Origin: an uncultured Bacteroidales bacterium | GTDB lineage: Bacteria > Bacteroidota > Bacteroidia > Bacteroidales > B18-G4 | Direction: 5' to 3' | Assembly (NCBI GenBank): GCA_963753055.1 | Contig: CAVWAP010000004.1 | Location: 181,550 to 245,549 of the forward strand | DNA: 64,000 nt | Shown: piece after piece, positions 38,901 through 47,790 of the stretch | How positions within the stretch are numbered: position 1 is the first letter of the stretch | Layout of the letters: each line of letters begins with the position of its first letter | Notes under the pieces: generated by a model | Told to the model about the DNA's origin: nothing | Database searches by the model: none | The model's input: only the letters and a program-made list of their open reading frames with translations | Translations under genes and position numbers: made by a program

Positions 38901-41900
38901 GAATTCCCGGATTACCTTAAAGATGCCTTTGATTGTGAGCATGAGATTGTAATGACTGACGACTTCGGTGATGGCTGGAATGGTGGATTCTTCGACCTCT
39001 ACCTGGATGGCGTTCTCACCATGTCAGGCGTAACGCTTGCCAGTGGTTCTGGCCCAGAGTCTGTATACTTTACAGCTACCGTAGGCCAGGAGATCACCAC
39101 TACCTGGACAGACGGAGGATGGCCTTACGAATGTGAATATCATGTATTCGACGGAGAAGGTACCGAGATTGGTTCAGATGGTGTCGGTGGGGCTTATCCT
39201 AACGGTATCCTGGCAGGAGAATGTTATGCTTTCTGTCCGGTACCAAGCTATATCGTAAATGTTGATCCAGCTTCAGGCGTTCTTGCTGAAGGTGGCAATC
39301 AACTCATCACAATTACTTATGATGCTACAGGCTTTGGTCCTGGAGATTATCCGGAAGACTTACAGGTTAATTCTAATGACCCGGATAACCCAGAAGTATA
39401 TATTGCCAATATGATGCACGTTTATACACCTGCTCAGTTTGCTGGTACTGTAACTGATGGCAGCACCGCACAACCTATTGTTGGTGTTACCGTTACAGCT
39501 GGACCATTCCAGGCAGTGACTGATGGCAGCGGTGAATACTCATTGTTTGTTGATGAAACAGCATATGATGTGTATTTCAACGTCCTTGGATACCAGGGAG
39601 TTATGGTTGCAGATACATTTGCTCAGGCAGGTGTCATTACACCAATTGATATTGTAATGTTTGAAGTACCATACCCTGTGCCATGGGTTACAGCTACAGT
39701 TAATGATGATGATACAGAATGTCTGGTTGAATGGGCATTGCCTGTTGGACCTTACGAGATCATCTATGACGACGGTAGCGCAGAAGAACTCGTTGTATGG
39801 GCTACTGGACTTAACCAGAACGCTGTTAAGTTTACTCCTTTAGGATATCCTGCTACTATTACTGGTGGTCGCCTGTTTATTGGTGACGGTAATTTCCCGG
39901 CAGCTAACTGGCTTGGATCAGACTTTGCCATGTTAGTATATGACGATGACGGCGCTAATGGCATGCCAGGCACCGTACTTGATTCAGTTCAGGTAGTCGT
40001 TAATAACTACGGGTGGTTAGAATTCTCATTAACTGGTATAGCTACCATTACTGATGGTGACTTCTACCTGTCAATGATGCAATTCTATCCTGCACCAAAT
40101 ACTGCTCCTTTAGGCGTTGACTTTGACACTCCAACATATTACAGGAGTTATTCTAAGATGGTTGGACTTGAGTGGATGAGCTCTGTATACCAGGATTTCA
40201 TGATCCGTGCATACGTTGATGGTCCAACTACAAGCGATGAAGAAGTAACTGAAGGTGCGACAATTCATCCACCGAAGCTTCCTGCTGATGCAGAAGGTAC
40301 TTACTTCTTCACACAGAACAGCTTAAGGCCATCAGGTATTCCAGGTGTTGAAAAAACTGGTATATACAAAAACCTTGCTGAAGCTAGCCGCGATGTAGTA
40401 TCTTACGATGTTGCCAGGATATCTGATTTTGATCCTGACATGGGACCAGAAACAGGTACAATGACAACAATCACAAATACTACTGAGCTTTCATATAATG
40501 ACATCGCTTGGGGCGGCCTGGCAGAAGGCTGGTATGCTTATGCTGTGAAAGCTTTTTATACCAATGGTGATGAATCAGAATGGGTATACTCAAATATAGT
40601 CGGACACCTATTGGATGTTGAAATAACATTCGAAGTGAGCTTGTCTACTGGCGCCGTTCCGGTTGATGTTGAAATTAGTATGGAAGGCGAGACTTATCCA
40701 AATGCAACTTATTTCGGTCTTACCGATACCAACGGAATACTAATATTCCCTGAGGTATGGAAAGGACAGTATGATATCAGTGCTTACAAGTTAGGTTTTG
40801 ACACGTACTATATTATGGATTACATGGCTATCGCAGATGATTATATCATCATTATCCTTGGAGAGAAGCGTTATCCGCCACGTAACCTTTGGGTAGATCC
40901 TTTGACTTCATGGGCATATTGGGAATGGCCAATTATAGATGCCTTATATGAAGACTTTGAAGGAACAGACTGGCCACCAACAGGCTGGCAGTCACTCAGT
41001 GCTGGCGAAGGCTGGTACCTGTCAACAGGCTATAGCGGAGCATGGGTAGTACCCACATGGGACTCACAATTTGCATTGTCTAATGACGATGGAGCCCCGT
41101 CAGGCAACAACGGAAGTGCTGACTATCTTGTCACACCAGGCTTAGACCTTCGTGAATCTGAAGACTTCAATATGATGTTCAATAGCTTCTATGACGGAGC
41201 CTACGGACAGTTAGCTACTGTTGAGTATTCATACGATGCTGGAGCTACCTGGGAAGTACTTTATGCAGTACCTCCAACACCAGGCGCCTTTGCAGATATT
41301 GAAATAGATCTTTCAGACTATTGCGGCGCAGGCTCAGCATATCCAATCTGGTTTGCTTTCCATAGCGATGACATTGGAGCATGGGCCTCAGGATGGGCCA
41401 TTGATAATGTTGAAATTGCCAATGGAGAAGCCAACCCGATCGATTTCTACGTCTTCCTGGATGGTGCCTTTGTATCTTCATCCGGTATCACCGAGTACCA
41501 GTATATGTGGCTGACTTACGGTGTTACTTATGAAGCCAGTGTAGCAGCACGCTATACTTCAGGCCTTTCAGAGAAGATTTACTATACCTTTGTATCTGAA
41601 TACCTTGTACCTCCACGTAACCTGGATGGCGAGACCTTCGACGATGCCGTGCACATTTGGTGGGAGCCACCACTGGAGCCGGAAGCCATGTTCGAACTGG
41701 TCAATGTTGTACCACGTACAGAGCGTCCAAACCAGTATTCAGACTACAGTCCAACTGTACGCACAGTTAAGGTAACTGGCAACAGCTCAACCCGTGATAT
41801 CTGGGATGTACAGTATAACTTCCCAACATTCTTCAACGGAGGAGAGGCCGGAACCGAATCAGACGGTGAATATATCTATACCACACAGTGGAACGCCGGT

Positions 41901-44369
41901 AACGGTACAATGTATCAGTATGCTACTGATGGTACCTATATTGGCTCCTTTGTAGTAAGTGGTGCAATGGATATAAGAGACCTTGCGTATAATGAGAACA
42001 CAGGCTATATGTACGGTTCCAACGCAGGCAACACTTGCTGGGAGATGGACTTCGCAGGAGGCACAACAATAAGTTCAATAGCAGCCCCAACAGCATGTAG
42101 GGCGATAGCTTATGACGACGGTGCCAACGGTTTCTGGGCAAACAACTGGGATACCCCGATTACGTTGTTTGACTATTCAGGAGCCACGTTGAATACCATC
42201 AACGTAGGTGCCTTTGGTAGCTTGTACGGATTGGCCTATGATCAATGGACAGACGGTGGACCATACCTGTGGGGCTTTAGCCAGGCAGGTGCAGGTGCCG
42301 AGCTGGTACAGTATGACATGAATACAGGAGCAGAGATTTTCAACCTGAACGTACTTCCACTTGTTGGAGGCACACAGATAGCAGGTGGACTTTATACTGC
42401 TTGTAACCTGGTCGTTCCGGGAACCGCCCTTATCGGTGGTAACCTGCAGAACGAGAAGGTCTTTGGACTGGAGTTAGCTGAATGTTCTGGCTTGCCAGGC
42501 CCCGGCGGCTTCGTAGTACCGGAGAACCTGTTAGGTTACAATGTATATCGTGATATGGAAAATATCGCTTACGTACCTTACGCTGGCGAAGACACAGCCA
42601 ACTATTATGACCTGGGTCTTGAGCCATTGACATACCAGTATGATGTAACAGCCCTTTACGACCTTGGTCGTTATGGCTTCCCGGGCGACACCGGCGAATC
42701 CATGTATGAAGGACCGTTCATTATCCAGGTACTTTATGGTTATCCATTACCATTCCAGGAGTACTGGGTGAGTGGAGGCTTTGATGTTAACCAGTGGACA
42801 CCAGGAGATAACTGGACAGTCAATGGCCAGATAGGTAATCCTGAGCCGGCAACTGAGTTCACCTGGGATCCAGTCCTGACAAACTATCGTTCAGCCCTGA
42901 GCAGCTTCCCATTGGATGGCGTAGGACTGATTGGAGATCCTTATATTGATGGTTGTATCTGGTTTGAATATGATGTTAAACTGGATGACCGTAATATGAC
43001 AGGAGCAGAATCACTGACCATTGAAGTAGGTAATGAAAACGGCTGGCATACGCTTGCCACTTACGACAATGCTGATGGTAGCTTCGATTGGACACATAGC
43101 ATCTTTGATATTACTGAGTGGTCGTTCGGACAGATCTTCCGTGTAAGATTTACTGCTGAAGGCGCCAGCTCTGCCGATATCCTGTCATGGTTTATCGACA
43201 ATATCGAAGTATACCTTGTATGTATGCCAGTAGAAGATCTGATGGTAGACGTACAGGCAGGCAGCGATGTTGAAGTACATCTAAGCTGGACATCACCATA
43301 CGCTTGTACAGCAGGCGGACCTGGTGGTGGCGAGTGGATCTTCTGGGATGATGGTACCAACACAGGCGGCATAGGACTCACAGGCGGTGGTGTATTTAGT
43401 GTAGCATCACACTGGGATCCGGATATGCTGACAGCTTATGACGGCATGGCCATCACCAAGATCAGGTTCATACCTTATGAAAATGCAGCGAATACTGTGA
43501 TCAACATGAAGGTTTGGGAAGGTACTAATGCTAGTACATTGCTGATTGATCAGGCTGTCACTTCATACATTGCAGGTGAATGGAACGAGATCGAACTGGC
43601 TTATCCTGTTTACATTGATGTAAGCAAGGAACTGTGGTTCGGTTATACCTGTGATTCACCTGATGGCGAGAACCCGGCAGGTTATGACGCTGGTCCTGCA
43701 ATAGCAGGTTATGGCGACATGATCACGTTGGATGGAGCCACCTGGGATCCGATCTCCAGCTTTGGTGCACAGTTTGACATTAACTGGAACCTGCAGGCAT
43801 GGGTAACCGTACCTACAGAGACTTCATCAGCACCAATGCCAATGGTTGACATCACGATTTATAACACACCAGACGCGGCTATTAATCAAGTTGCAGGCGA
43901 TAACGTAATTCCTGCACCTGTATATGAATCTCGCGAACTGCAAGGTTATAATATCTATAAGGACGGTGATTTCCTTGACTTCACAGCCGACACATTCTAT
44001 GTAGATTACATTCCTTACAGCAGCACGTTCCCAATGGATCTTTCGTACGACGTAACTGCTGTATATGAGGATTGTGAATCAGCACCGGAGAATGTACTGG
44101 TCGAAGTTACAGGCATTGAGGATATTCTTGCAGAGAATAACATTGCAGTCTATCCAAACCCTGCCCGTGACGTGTTGAATATCAAGTCAACTGATAATAT
44201 CACACATATCACGATGATGAACAACGTCGGACAGGTTGTCCTCAACAAGAAAGTTGCTGATGACAATGTTCTTGAGTTGAATGTAGAAAATTATGAACCA
44301 GGACTCTACATGATCAAGATCGAAACTGCTGACAACCTCGTTATCGAGAAAGTGTTGATAACCAGATAA
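35970..44369 (+). CDS. giant T9SS cargo protein, paralog 2 (2799 aa)
   Basis: Uninterrupted ORF with signal peptide 'LLMIPFLLSSAMLFAQ'. It has two head jelly-rolls unlike those of the other paralogs. After them comes the shared scaffold, carrying propeller-like modules at 37635-38333 and 41793-42486 and a 'DDFGDGWNGG' module at 38931-39236. It also has an extra C-terminal jelly-roll at 43323-43805 and a CTD at 44142-44366 ('IAVYPNPARDVLNIKS...PGLYMIKIETADNLVIEKVLITR'). Confidence 0.9.
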   Translation: MKRFITKLTLLMIPFLLSSAMLFAQMQLTGPGAKEYSNNQDVTRILYEQMDIGASGWASQDFEAAYDIYDCQGADDFTVPAGTIWQVDEVTVIGSGAPGPFNVANVYFYQDAGGLPAAAPYLSFMGLTAVDNAGAMTIAIPGGAVLTGGDYWVSVQDAAPFGVNGQWFWTKNLTQINNMAYWQNPANGFGTGATTWTDVLTAFGEAADFTFSLVGESYVEIGNGTGYGSYPAYYSTWCNYWENCHTQTLYLASELGGPMDITELGWKFERLATPNNWLLNVQINIVETSVSAFTAGSYFDMTGATQVYSNANLIPATALGWNKIDINDFVYSGVNNLVIEIIWGDNGYYESPYYRTYKTNGSVNRTLLGYADSETPPNYDAATTWYDDLRVFFKPSLAPGNLEGYVFNGDGLTIAGASVGIEGVGVTTTGPAGFYELLDVPTGEYEAYAWKDGYNVVTEDVLIISGQTTMQDFILTQPNWSFNPLIHDYTLNPNEFFSTTQGILNTGDGPVDWSAEIVYPPTDVIIGDPEPRATMPDPQTDYSPTVTTVQINNPMRDTWDQQFGFLTQDNSGEAGAETDGAYFYTSKWNAGSGVFFKYELDGNFLGSFNVSGGAMDLRDMAYVDSEGLFYGSNAGTTVWAMDFDAGVTDHTVPAATACRAIAYNDDADGFYGNNWSTDITLFDRETGAFISSFSTGGLASMYGMAYDNWSDGGPYVWAFDQGGSGGVFYQFDATTGTQTGFTFDVVAATGQSQIAGGAFTHPGLVPGFVTIGGILQNLYYFGFELAEGGASIGSWLTLDYYNGTVPPNGGIDNIPTHFNAAGTAAGEVYTAEIIFTSDPDIGTVTIPCTMSILGNALVPPENLEVTLTNDIIGLVTLTWDWFGDAFQYFVVKRDGMIIGSTTLTTFTDYLPDYGEYCYTVQAQYDEGLTSPAGPECVLWPNPTIYIDPMFLEAWVWVDHTTQVYTTIYNTGIGTLAYEFPDYLKDAFDCEHEIVMTDDFGDGWNGGFFDLYLDGVLTMSGVTLASGSGPESVYFTATVGQEITTTWTDGGWPYECEYHVFDGEGTEIGSDGVGGAYPNGILAGECYAFCPVPSYIVNVDPASGVLAEGGNQLITITYDATGFGPGDYPEDLQVNSNDPDNPEVYIANMMHVYTPAQFAGTVTDGSTAQPIVGVTVTAGPFQAVTDGSGEYSLFVDETAYDVYFNVLGYQGVMVADTFAQAGVITPIDIVMFEVPYPVPWVTATVNDDDTECLVEWALPVGPYEIIYDDGSAEELVVWATGLNQNAVKFTPLGYPATITGGRLFIGDGNFPAANWLGSDFAMLVYDDDGANGMPGTVLDSVQVVVNNYGWLEFSLTGIATITDGDFYLSMMQFYPAPNTAPLGVDFDTPTYYRSYSKMVGLEWMSSVYQDFMIRAYVDGPTTSDEEVTEGATIHPPKLPADAEGTYFFTQNSLRPSGIPGVEKTGIYKNLAEASRDVVSYDVARISDFDPDMGPETGTMTTITNTTELSYNDIAWGGLAEGWYAYAVKAFYTNGDESEWVYSNIVGHLLDVEITFEVSLSTGAVPVDVEISMEGETYPNATYFGLTDTNGILIFPEVWKGQYDISAYKLGFDTYYIMDYMAIADDYIIIILGEKRYPPRNLWVDPLTSWAYWEWPIIDALYEDFEGTDWPPTGWQSLSAGEGWYLSTGYSGAWVVPTWDSQFALSNDDGAPSGNNGSADYLVTPGLDLRESEDFNMMFNSFYDGAYGQLATVEYSYDAGATWEVLYAVPPTPGAFADIEIDLSDYCGAGSAYPIWFAFHSDDIGAWASGWAIDNVEIANGEANPIDFYVFLDGAFVSSSGITEYQYMWLTYGVTYEASVAARYTSGLSEKIYYTFVSEYLVPPRNLDGETFDDAVHIWWEPPLEPEAMFELVNVVPRTERPNQYSDYSPTVRTVKVTGNSSTRDIWDVQYNFPTFFNGGEAGTESDGEYIYTTQWNAGNGTMYQYATDGTYIGSFVVSGAMDIRDLAYNENTGYMYGSNAGNTCWEMDFAGGTTISSIAAPTACRAIAYDDGANGFWANNWDTPITLFDYSGATLNTINVGAFGSLYGLAYDQWTDGGPYLWGFSQAGAGAELVQYDMNTGAEIFNLNVLPLVGGTQIAGGLYTACNLVVPGTALIGGNLQNEKVFGLELAECSGLPGPGGFVVPENLLGYNVYRDMENIAYVPYAGEDTANYYDLGLEPLTYQYDVTALYDLGRYGFPGDTGESMYEGPFIIQVLYGYPLPFQEYWVSGGFDVNQWTPGDNWTVNGQIGNPEPATEFTWDPVLTNYRSALSSFPLDGVGLIGDPYIDGCIWFEYDVKLDDRNMTGAESLTIEVGNENGWHTLATYDNADGSFDWTHSIFDITEWSFGQIFRVRFTAEGASSADILSWFIDNIEVYLVCMPVEDLMVDVQAGSDVEVHLSWTSPYACTAGGPGGGEWIFWDDGTNTGGIGLTGGGVFSVASHWDPDMLTAYDGMAITKIRFIPYENAANTVINMKVWEGTNASTLLIDQAVTSYIAGEWNEIELAYPVYIDVSKELWFGYTCDSPDGENPAGYDAGPAIAGYGDMITLDGATWDPISSFGAQFDINWNLQAWVTVPTETSSAPMPMVDITIYNTPDAAINQVAGDNVIPAPVYESRELQGYNIYKDGDFLDFTADTFYVDYIPYSSTFPMDLSYDVTAVYEDCESAPENVLVEVTGIEDILAENNIAVYPNPARDVLNIKSTDNITHITMMNNVGQVVLNKKVADDNVLELNVENYEPGLYMIKIETADNLVIEKVLITR
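37635..38333 (+). other. propeller-like module, paralog 2 copy 1 (slot 1)
   Basis: 'RDTWDQQFGF...GEAGAETDGAYFYTSKWNAGSGVFFKYELDGNFL...LRDMAYVDSEGLFYGSNAGTTVWAMDF...RAIAYNDDADGFYGNNWSTDITLFD...YGMAYDNWSDGGPYVWAFDQGGSG...IAGGAFT...GGILQNLYYFGFEL'. Confidence 0.6.
38931..39236 (+). other. Cys-bounded ~100-aa 'DDFGDGWNGG' module (slot 2 of paralogs 2 and 3)
   Basis: 'DCEHEIVMTDDFGDGWNGGFFDLYLDG...WTDGGWPYECEYHVFDGEG...GECYAFC'. The paralog 3 copy is at 47167-47472. I cannot assign it to a named family from memory. Confidence 0.5.
41793..42486 (+). other. propeller-like module, paralog 2 copy 2
   Basis: 'RDIWDVQYNFPT..GEAGTESDGEYIYTTQWNAGNGTMYQYATDGTYI...IRDLAYNENTGYMYGSNAGNTCWEMDF...RAIAYDDGANGFWANNWDTPITLFD...YGLAYDQWTDGGPYLWGFSQAGAG...IAGGLYT...GGNLQNEKVFGLEL'. 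Confidence 0.6.
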
Positions 44370-44418
44370 TCCTGAATAGTGCAGTGCAACACTGCACCGT
44401 TCGAAGGAACACGATAAG

Positions 44419-44456
44419 AAAAGGCCCTGCAAATTTTTGCAGGGCCTTTTCTTTTA
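44419..44456 (+). terminator. rho-independent terminator after paralog 2
   Basis: Perfect palindrome 'aaaaggccctgcaaa tt tttgcagggcctttt' (44419-44450) followed by 'ctttt'. A second 8-bp hairpin, 'gtgcagtg caa cactgcac', lies at 44379-44397. Confidence 0.8.
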
Positions 44457-44469
44457 TAATTATTCCATT

Positions 44470-44499
44470 AGTGCAAGGGATTTGAATGCTTTTTTTGTC
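44470..44499 (+). promoter_or_regulatory. conserved intergenic box, copy upstream of paralog 3
   Basis: See 35725-35752. Lies 155 nt upstream of the ATG at 44654. Confidence 0.3.
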
Positions 44500-44576
44500 A
44501 TATAGAAGTATAGAATTACCACATTATTTTGTTATTAAAAAATTACATCAGAATTTTGATTTTTGAGTTGTTATGT

Positions 44577-44584
44577 TATCTTTG
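44577..44584 (+). promoter_or_regulatory. candidate -7 promoter box for paralog 3
   Basis: 'TATCTTTG' matches TAnnTTTG, with a possible -33 'TTTG' at 44555-44558 (18-nt spacer). The ATG is 70 nt downstream. Confidence 0.3.
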
Positions 44585-44653
44585 TAAGAAGCAATTTCGA
44601 GTTATTTTATCCAAAAGACTATAAATCAATTTATTAACCAAAACTTCCATCAA

Positions 44654-45631
44654 ATGAAAAGTGTTACTAGAATCTGTATGGCATTAATTGTGTTGATGTT
44701 ATCAACATCAATGGTGTTTGCACAGAGCAATAACCTTGGGAAAAATGCAATTTCTCAAGAAGAATTATCCTTAATGAAGGAGCATGAGGGTTTGACGGTA
44801 CATCCTAATTATGCGGGACCATCTGACCAGCTGGGACCTGCAATTACCAGCTTCCCTTTCACCACTGGTTTTGAAAGTGGCATACCTCCGGAATTAGATG
44901 CACAACCCGGAACTTATGCTGATGTAAGGCAGGATGATAATGCTGCCTACACTGACACTTACGGGATGCTTTTTGAAGGATACAGCTCAACAGGTTGGGG
45001 CGCAACGCCTACTACCTACTCGGCAGCATTTGATCCTTCAAAATCCACTCACTTTGGAACAGTTTATATTAATGTGGTTCCAGACGGCACTTCCGGAACT
45101 TTGAAAATGACCTACTGGATGAGGCAGGGCTATTCATTTAGCACCAATTACAACTGGTTCAGGGTACTTGTCGAAGGCAACCTCACCGGTGATGAAGGTG
45201 GTGGCCCGGGATATTACCAGGCTGTTAGCCCCGTTAGCTACATGGGTCAATGGGTTGAATACACTTTCGACCTGAGCGCCTATGATGGAGCGCCATTTCA
45301 AATTATACTGCAATCATCCTGTAAATATTATGAACTCTATTATCAACAGGGTGATGTTGTTCATATCGATGATTTCAAGATCTGGTACATGGTGCCTCCG
45401 GGCGATGTGGAAGGATATGTATTTAATGGTGATGGTCTTAGCATTGCCGGAGCAACCATTGGTGTTGAGGGTGGTGCCATGACAACTTCAAGTCCATCAG
45501 GCTATTATTTCTTGCCTACTGTTGATGGTGGCAACCAGCCAATGTATGCTATCAAAGGATGGATACAACACGATTACGGATATTGTATATGTCACACCAT
45601 CTGGGATTGGTACAAAAAGATTGGGTACTGA
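44654..45631 (+). pseudogene. paralog 3 fragment 1/6 (signal peptide, MAM-like head, start of CarboxypepD_reg)
   Basis: 325-aa ORF. Homology ends at 'PMYAIKG'. The expected continuation 'DGYNTITDIVYVTPSGIGT' is in another frame. Confidence 0.75.
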
Positions 45632-46005
45632 CTCAGCCTAACTGGACTTTTAATCCTTTAATACATGATTATACGCTGAACCCGAATGAGTTCTTTTCAA
45701 CTACACAGGGTATTCAGAATACTGGTGATGGTCCGGTGAATTGGACTTCAACCATAGTTTATCCTCCTACCGATGTAGCTATTGGAGCTCCGGAGCCAAG
45801 GAAAACAATGCCGGATCCACAAACGGATTACAGTCCTATGGTTACTACAGTTACTGTAACCAACCCCATGAGGGATACCTGGGACCAGCAGTTTGGCTTC
45901 GCAACACAGGATAATAGTGGTGAAGCAGGTGCTGAAACTGATGGTGCTTACTTCTATACTTCTAAATGGAATGCAGGCAGCGGGCCATCTTCAAGTATGA
46001 ATTAG
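45559..46005 (+). pseudogene. paralog 3 fragment 2/6 (Ig-like half, start of propeller-like module 1)
   Basis: 148-aa ORF. Homologous from 'VLTQPNWTFNPLIHDYTLNPNEFF' to 'YFYTSKWNAGSG', then an out-of-frame patch 'PSSSMN*'. Confidence 0.75.
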
Positions 46006-46047
46006 ACGGTAACTATCCTGGGTTCATTTAATGTATCCGGTGGTGCC

Positions 46048-47790
46048 ATGGATGTCAGAGACCTGGCCTATGTTGATTCAGAAGGCTTGTTCTACGGATC
46101 CAATGCCGGTACTACAGTATGGGCGATGGACTTCGACGCTGGTGTAACTGATCATACGGTTCCTGCCGCAACAGCGTGTAGGGCGATTGCTTATGATGTC
46201 GACGAGGATGGTTTCTACGGAAACAACTGGTCAACAGACATTACACTCTTCGACCGTGAAACCGGAGCATTCATCAACAGCTTCTCTACTGGTGGCTTAG
46301 CCAGTATGTACGGTATGGCCTATGACAACTGGTCAGATGGAGGCCCATATGTATGGGCATTTGACCAGGGTGGCTCAGGTGGTGTATTCTACCAGTTTGA
46401 AGTTGCTACAGGTACACAGACAGGCATTACTTTTGATGTTGTAGCAGCAACTGGCCAGGCACAAATTGCCGGTGGTGCTTTTACACATCCAGGACTCGTT
46501 CCGGGATTTGTTACCATTGGTGGTATCCTGCAAAACCTGTATTACTTTGGATTTGAGCTCGCTGAAGGCGGTGCTTCAATCGGCAGCTGGCTGTCATGTG
46601 ATTATTATGAAGGAACTGTTCCTCCATTAGGAGGTATTGATAATATTCCTACTCACTTCAATGCTGCCGGAACAGCAGCAGGTGAAGTTTATACAGCTGA
46701 ACTGATATTTACCAGTGATCCTGACATAGGTACAGTGACTATTCCTTGTACCATGAGTATCCTTGGTGACGCACTTGTACCTCCGGAAAATCTTGAGGTT
46801 ACCCTTGATAATGATCTTATCGGTCTGGTTACCCTGACATGGGATTGGTTTGGTGATGCATTCCAGTATTTTGTAGTTAAGAGAGATGGTATGATCATTG
46901 GCTCAACAACCATGACCACTTTCACAGACTACTTGCCAGATTATGGTGAGTACTGTTATACTGTGCAGGCCCAATATGATGAAGGATTAACTTCACCCGC
47001 AGGCCCTGAATGTATATTGTGGCCTAATCCTAACATTGTGATTAACCCTATGTTCCTTGAAGCATGGGTTTGGGTAGATCATACTACACAAGTATATACA
47101 ACAATCTCCAACACAGGAATTGGTACGCTTGCATACGAATTCCCGGATTATGTAACAGATGACTTTGATTGCGAGCATGAGATCGTGATGACTGACGACT
47201 TCGGTGATGGCTGGAATGGAGGTTTCTTTGACCTTTACCTGGACGGCTCTCTCATAATGTCAGGCGTAACACTCGCCAGTGGTTCAGGCCCTGAATCAGT
47301 TTACTTCATGGCTCTTGCAGGCCAGGAGATCACTACTACATGGACAGACGGTGGATGGGCTTATGAGTGCGAATATCATGTATTCGACGGATTAGGTAAC
47401 GAGATTGGTGCAGATGGTGTCGGTGGCGCCTATCCAAATGGTATCCTACCTGGTGAATGTTATGCATTCTGCCCGGTACCAAGCTATATTACTATCGTTG
47501 ATCCTCCTTCAGGAACACTTGGAGAAGGTGAATCACAGCTGATCACAATCACTTATGATGCAACAGGATTCTTCCCTGGAGACTTCCCGGAGAAACTGGC
47601 CATTGCATCTAATGACCCGGATACCCCAGCTGATTCAATTGATAACCTGATGCATGTCTATACACCTGGCAGCATTCGCAGGTACCGTTTTAGACGGAAA
47701 TACGGCCATGCCTATCACTGGTGTTACAGTAACTGCTGGTACGTTCCAGACTGTTACCGACGGAAGCGGCGAATATGTATTATATGTTGA
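46048..47790 (+). pseudogene. paralog 3 fragment 3/6 (propeller-like module 1, Ig/FN3 units, GDGWNG module)
   Basis: 580-aa ORF in the same frame as fragment 2. Homology is lost after 'NLMHVYTPG'. Confidence 0.75.
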
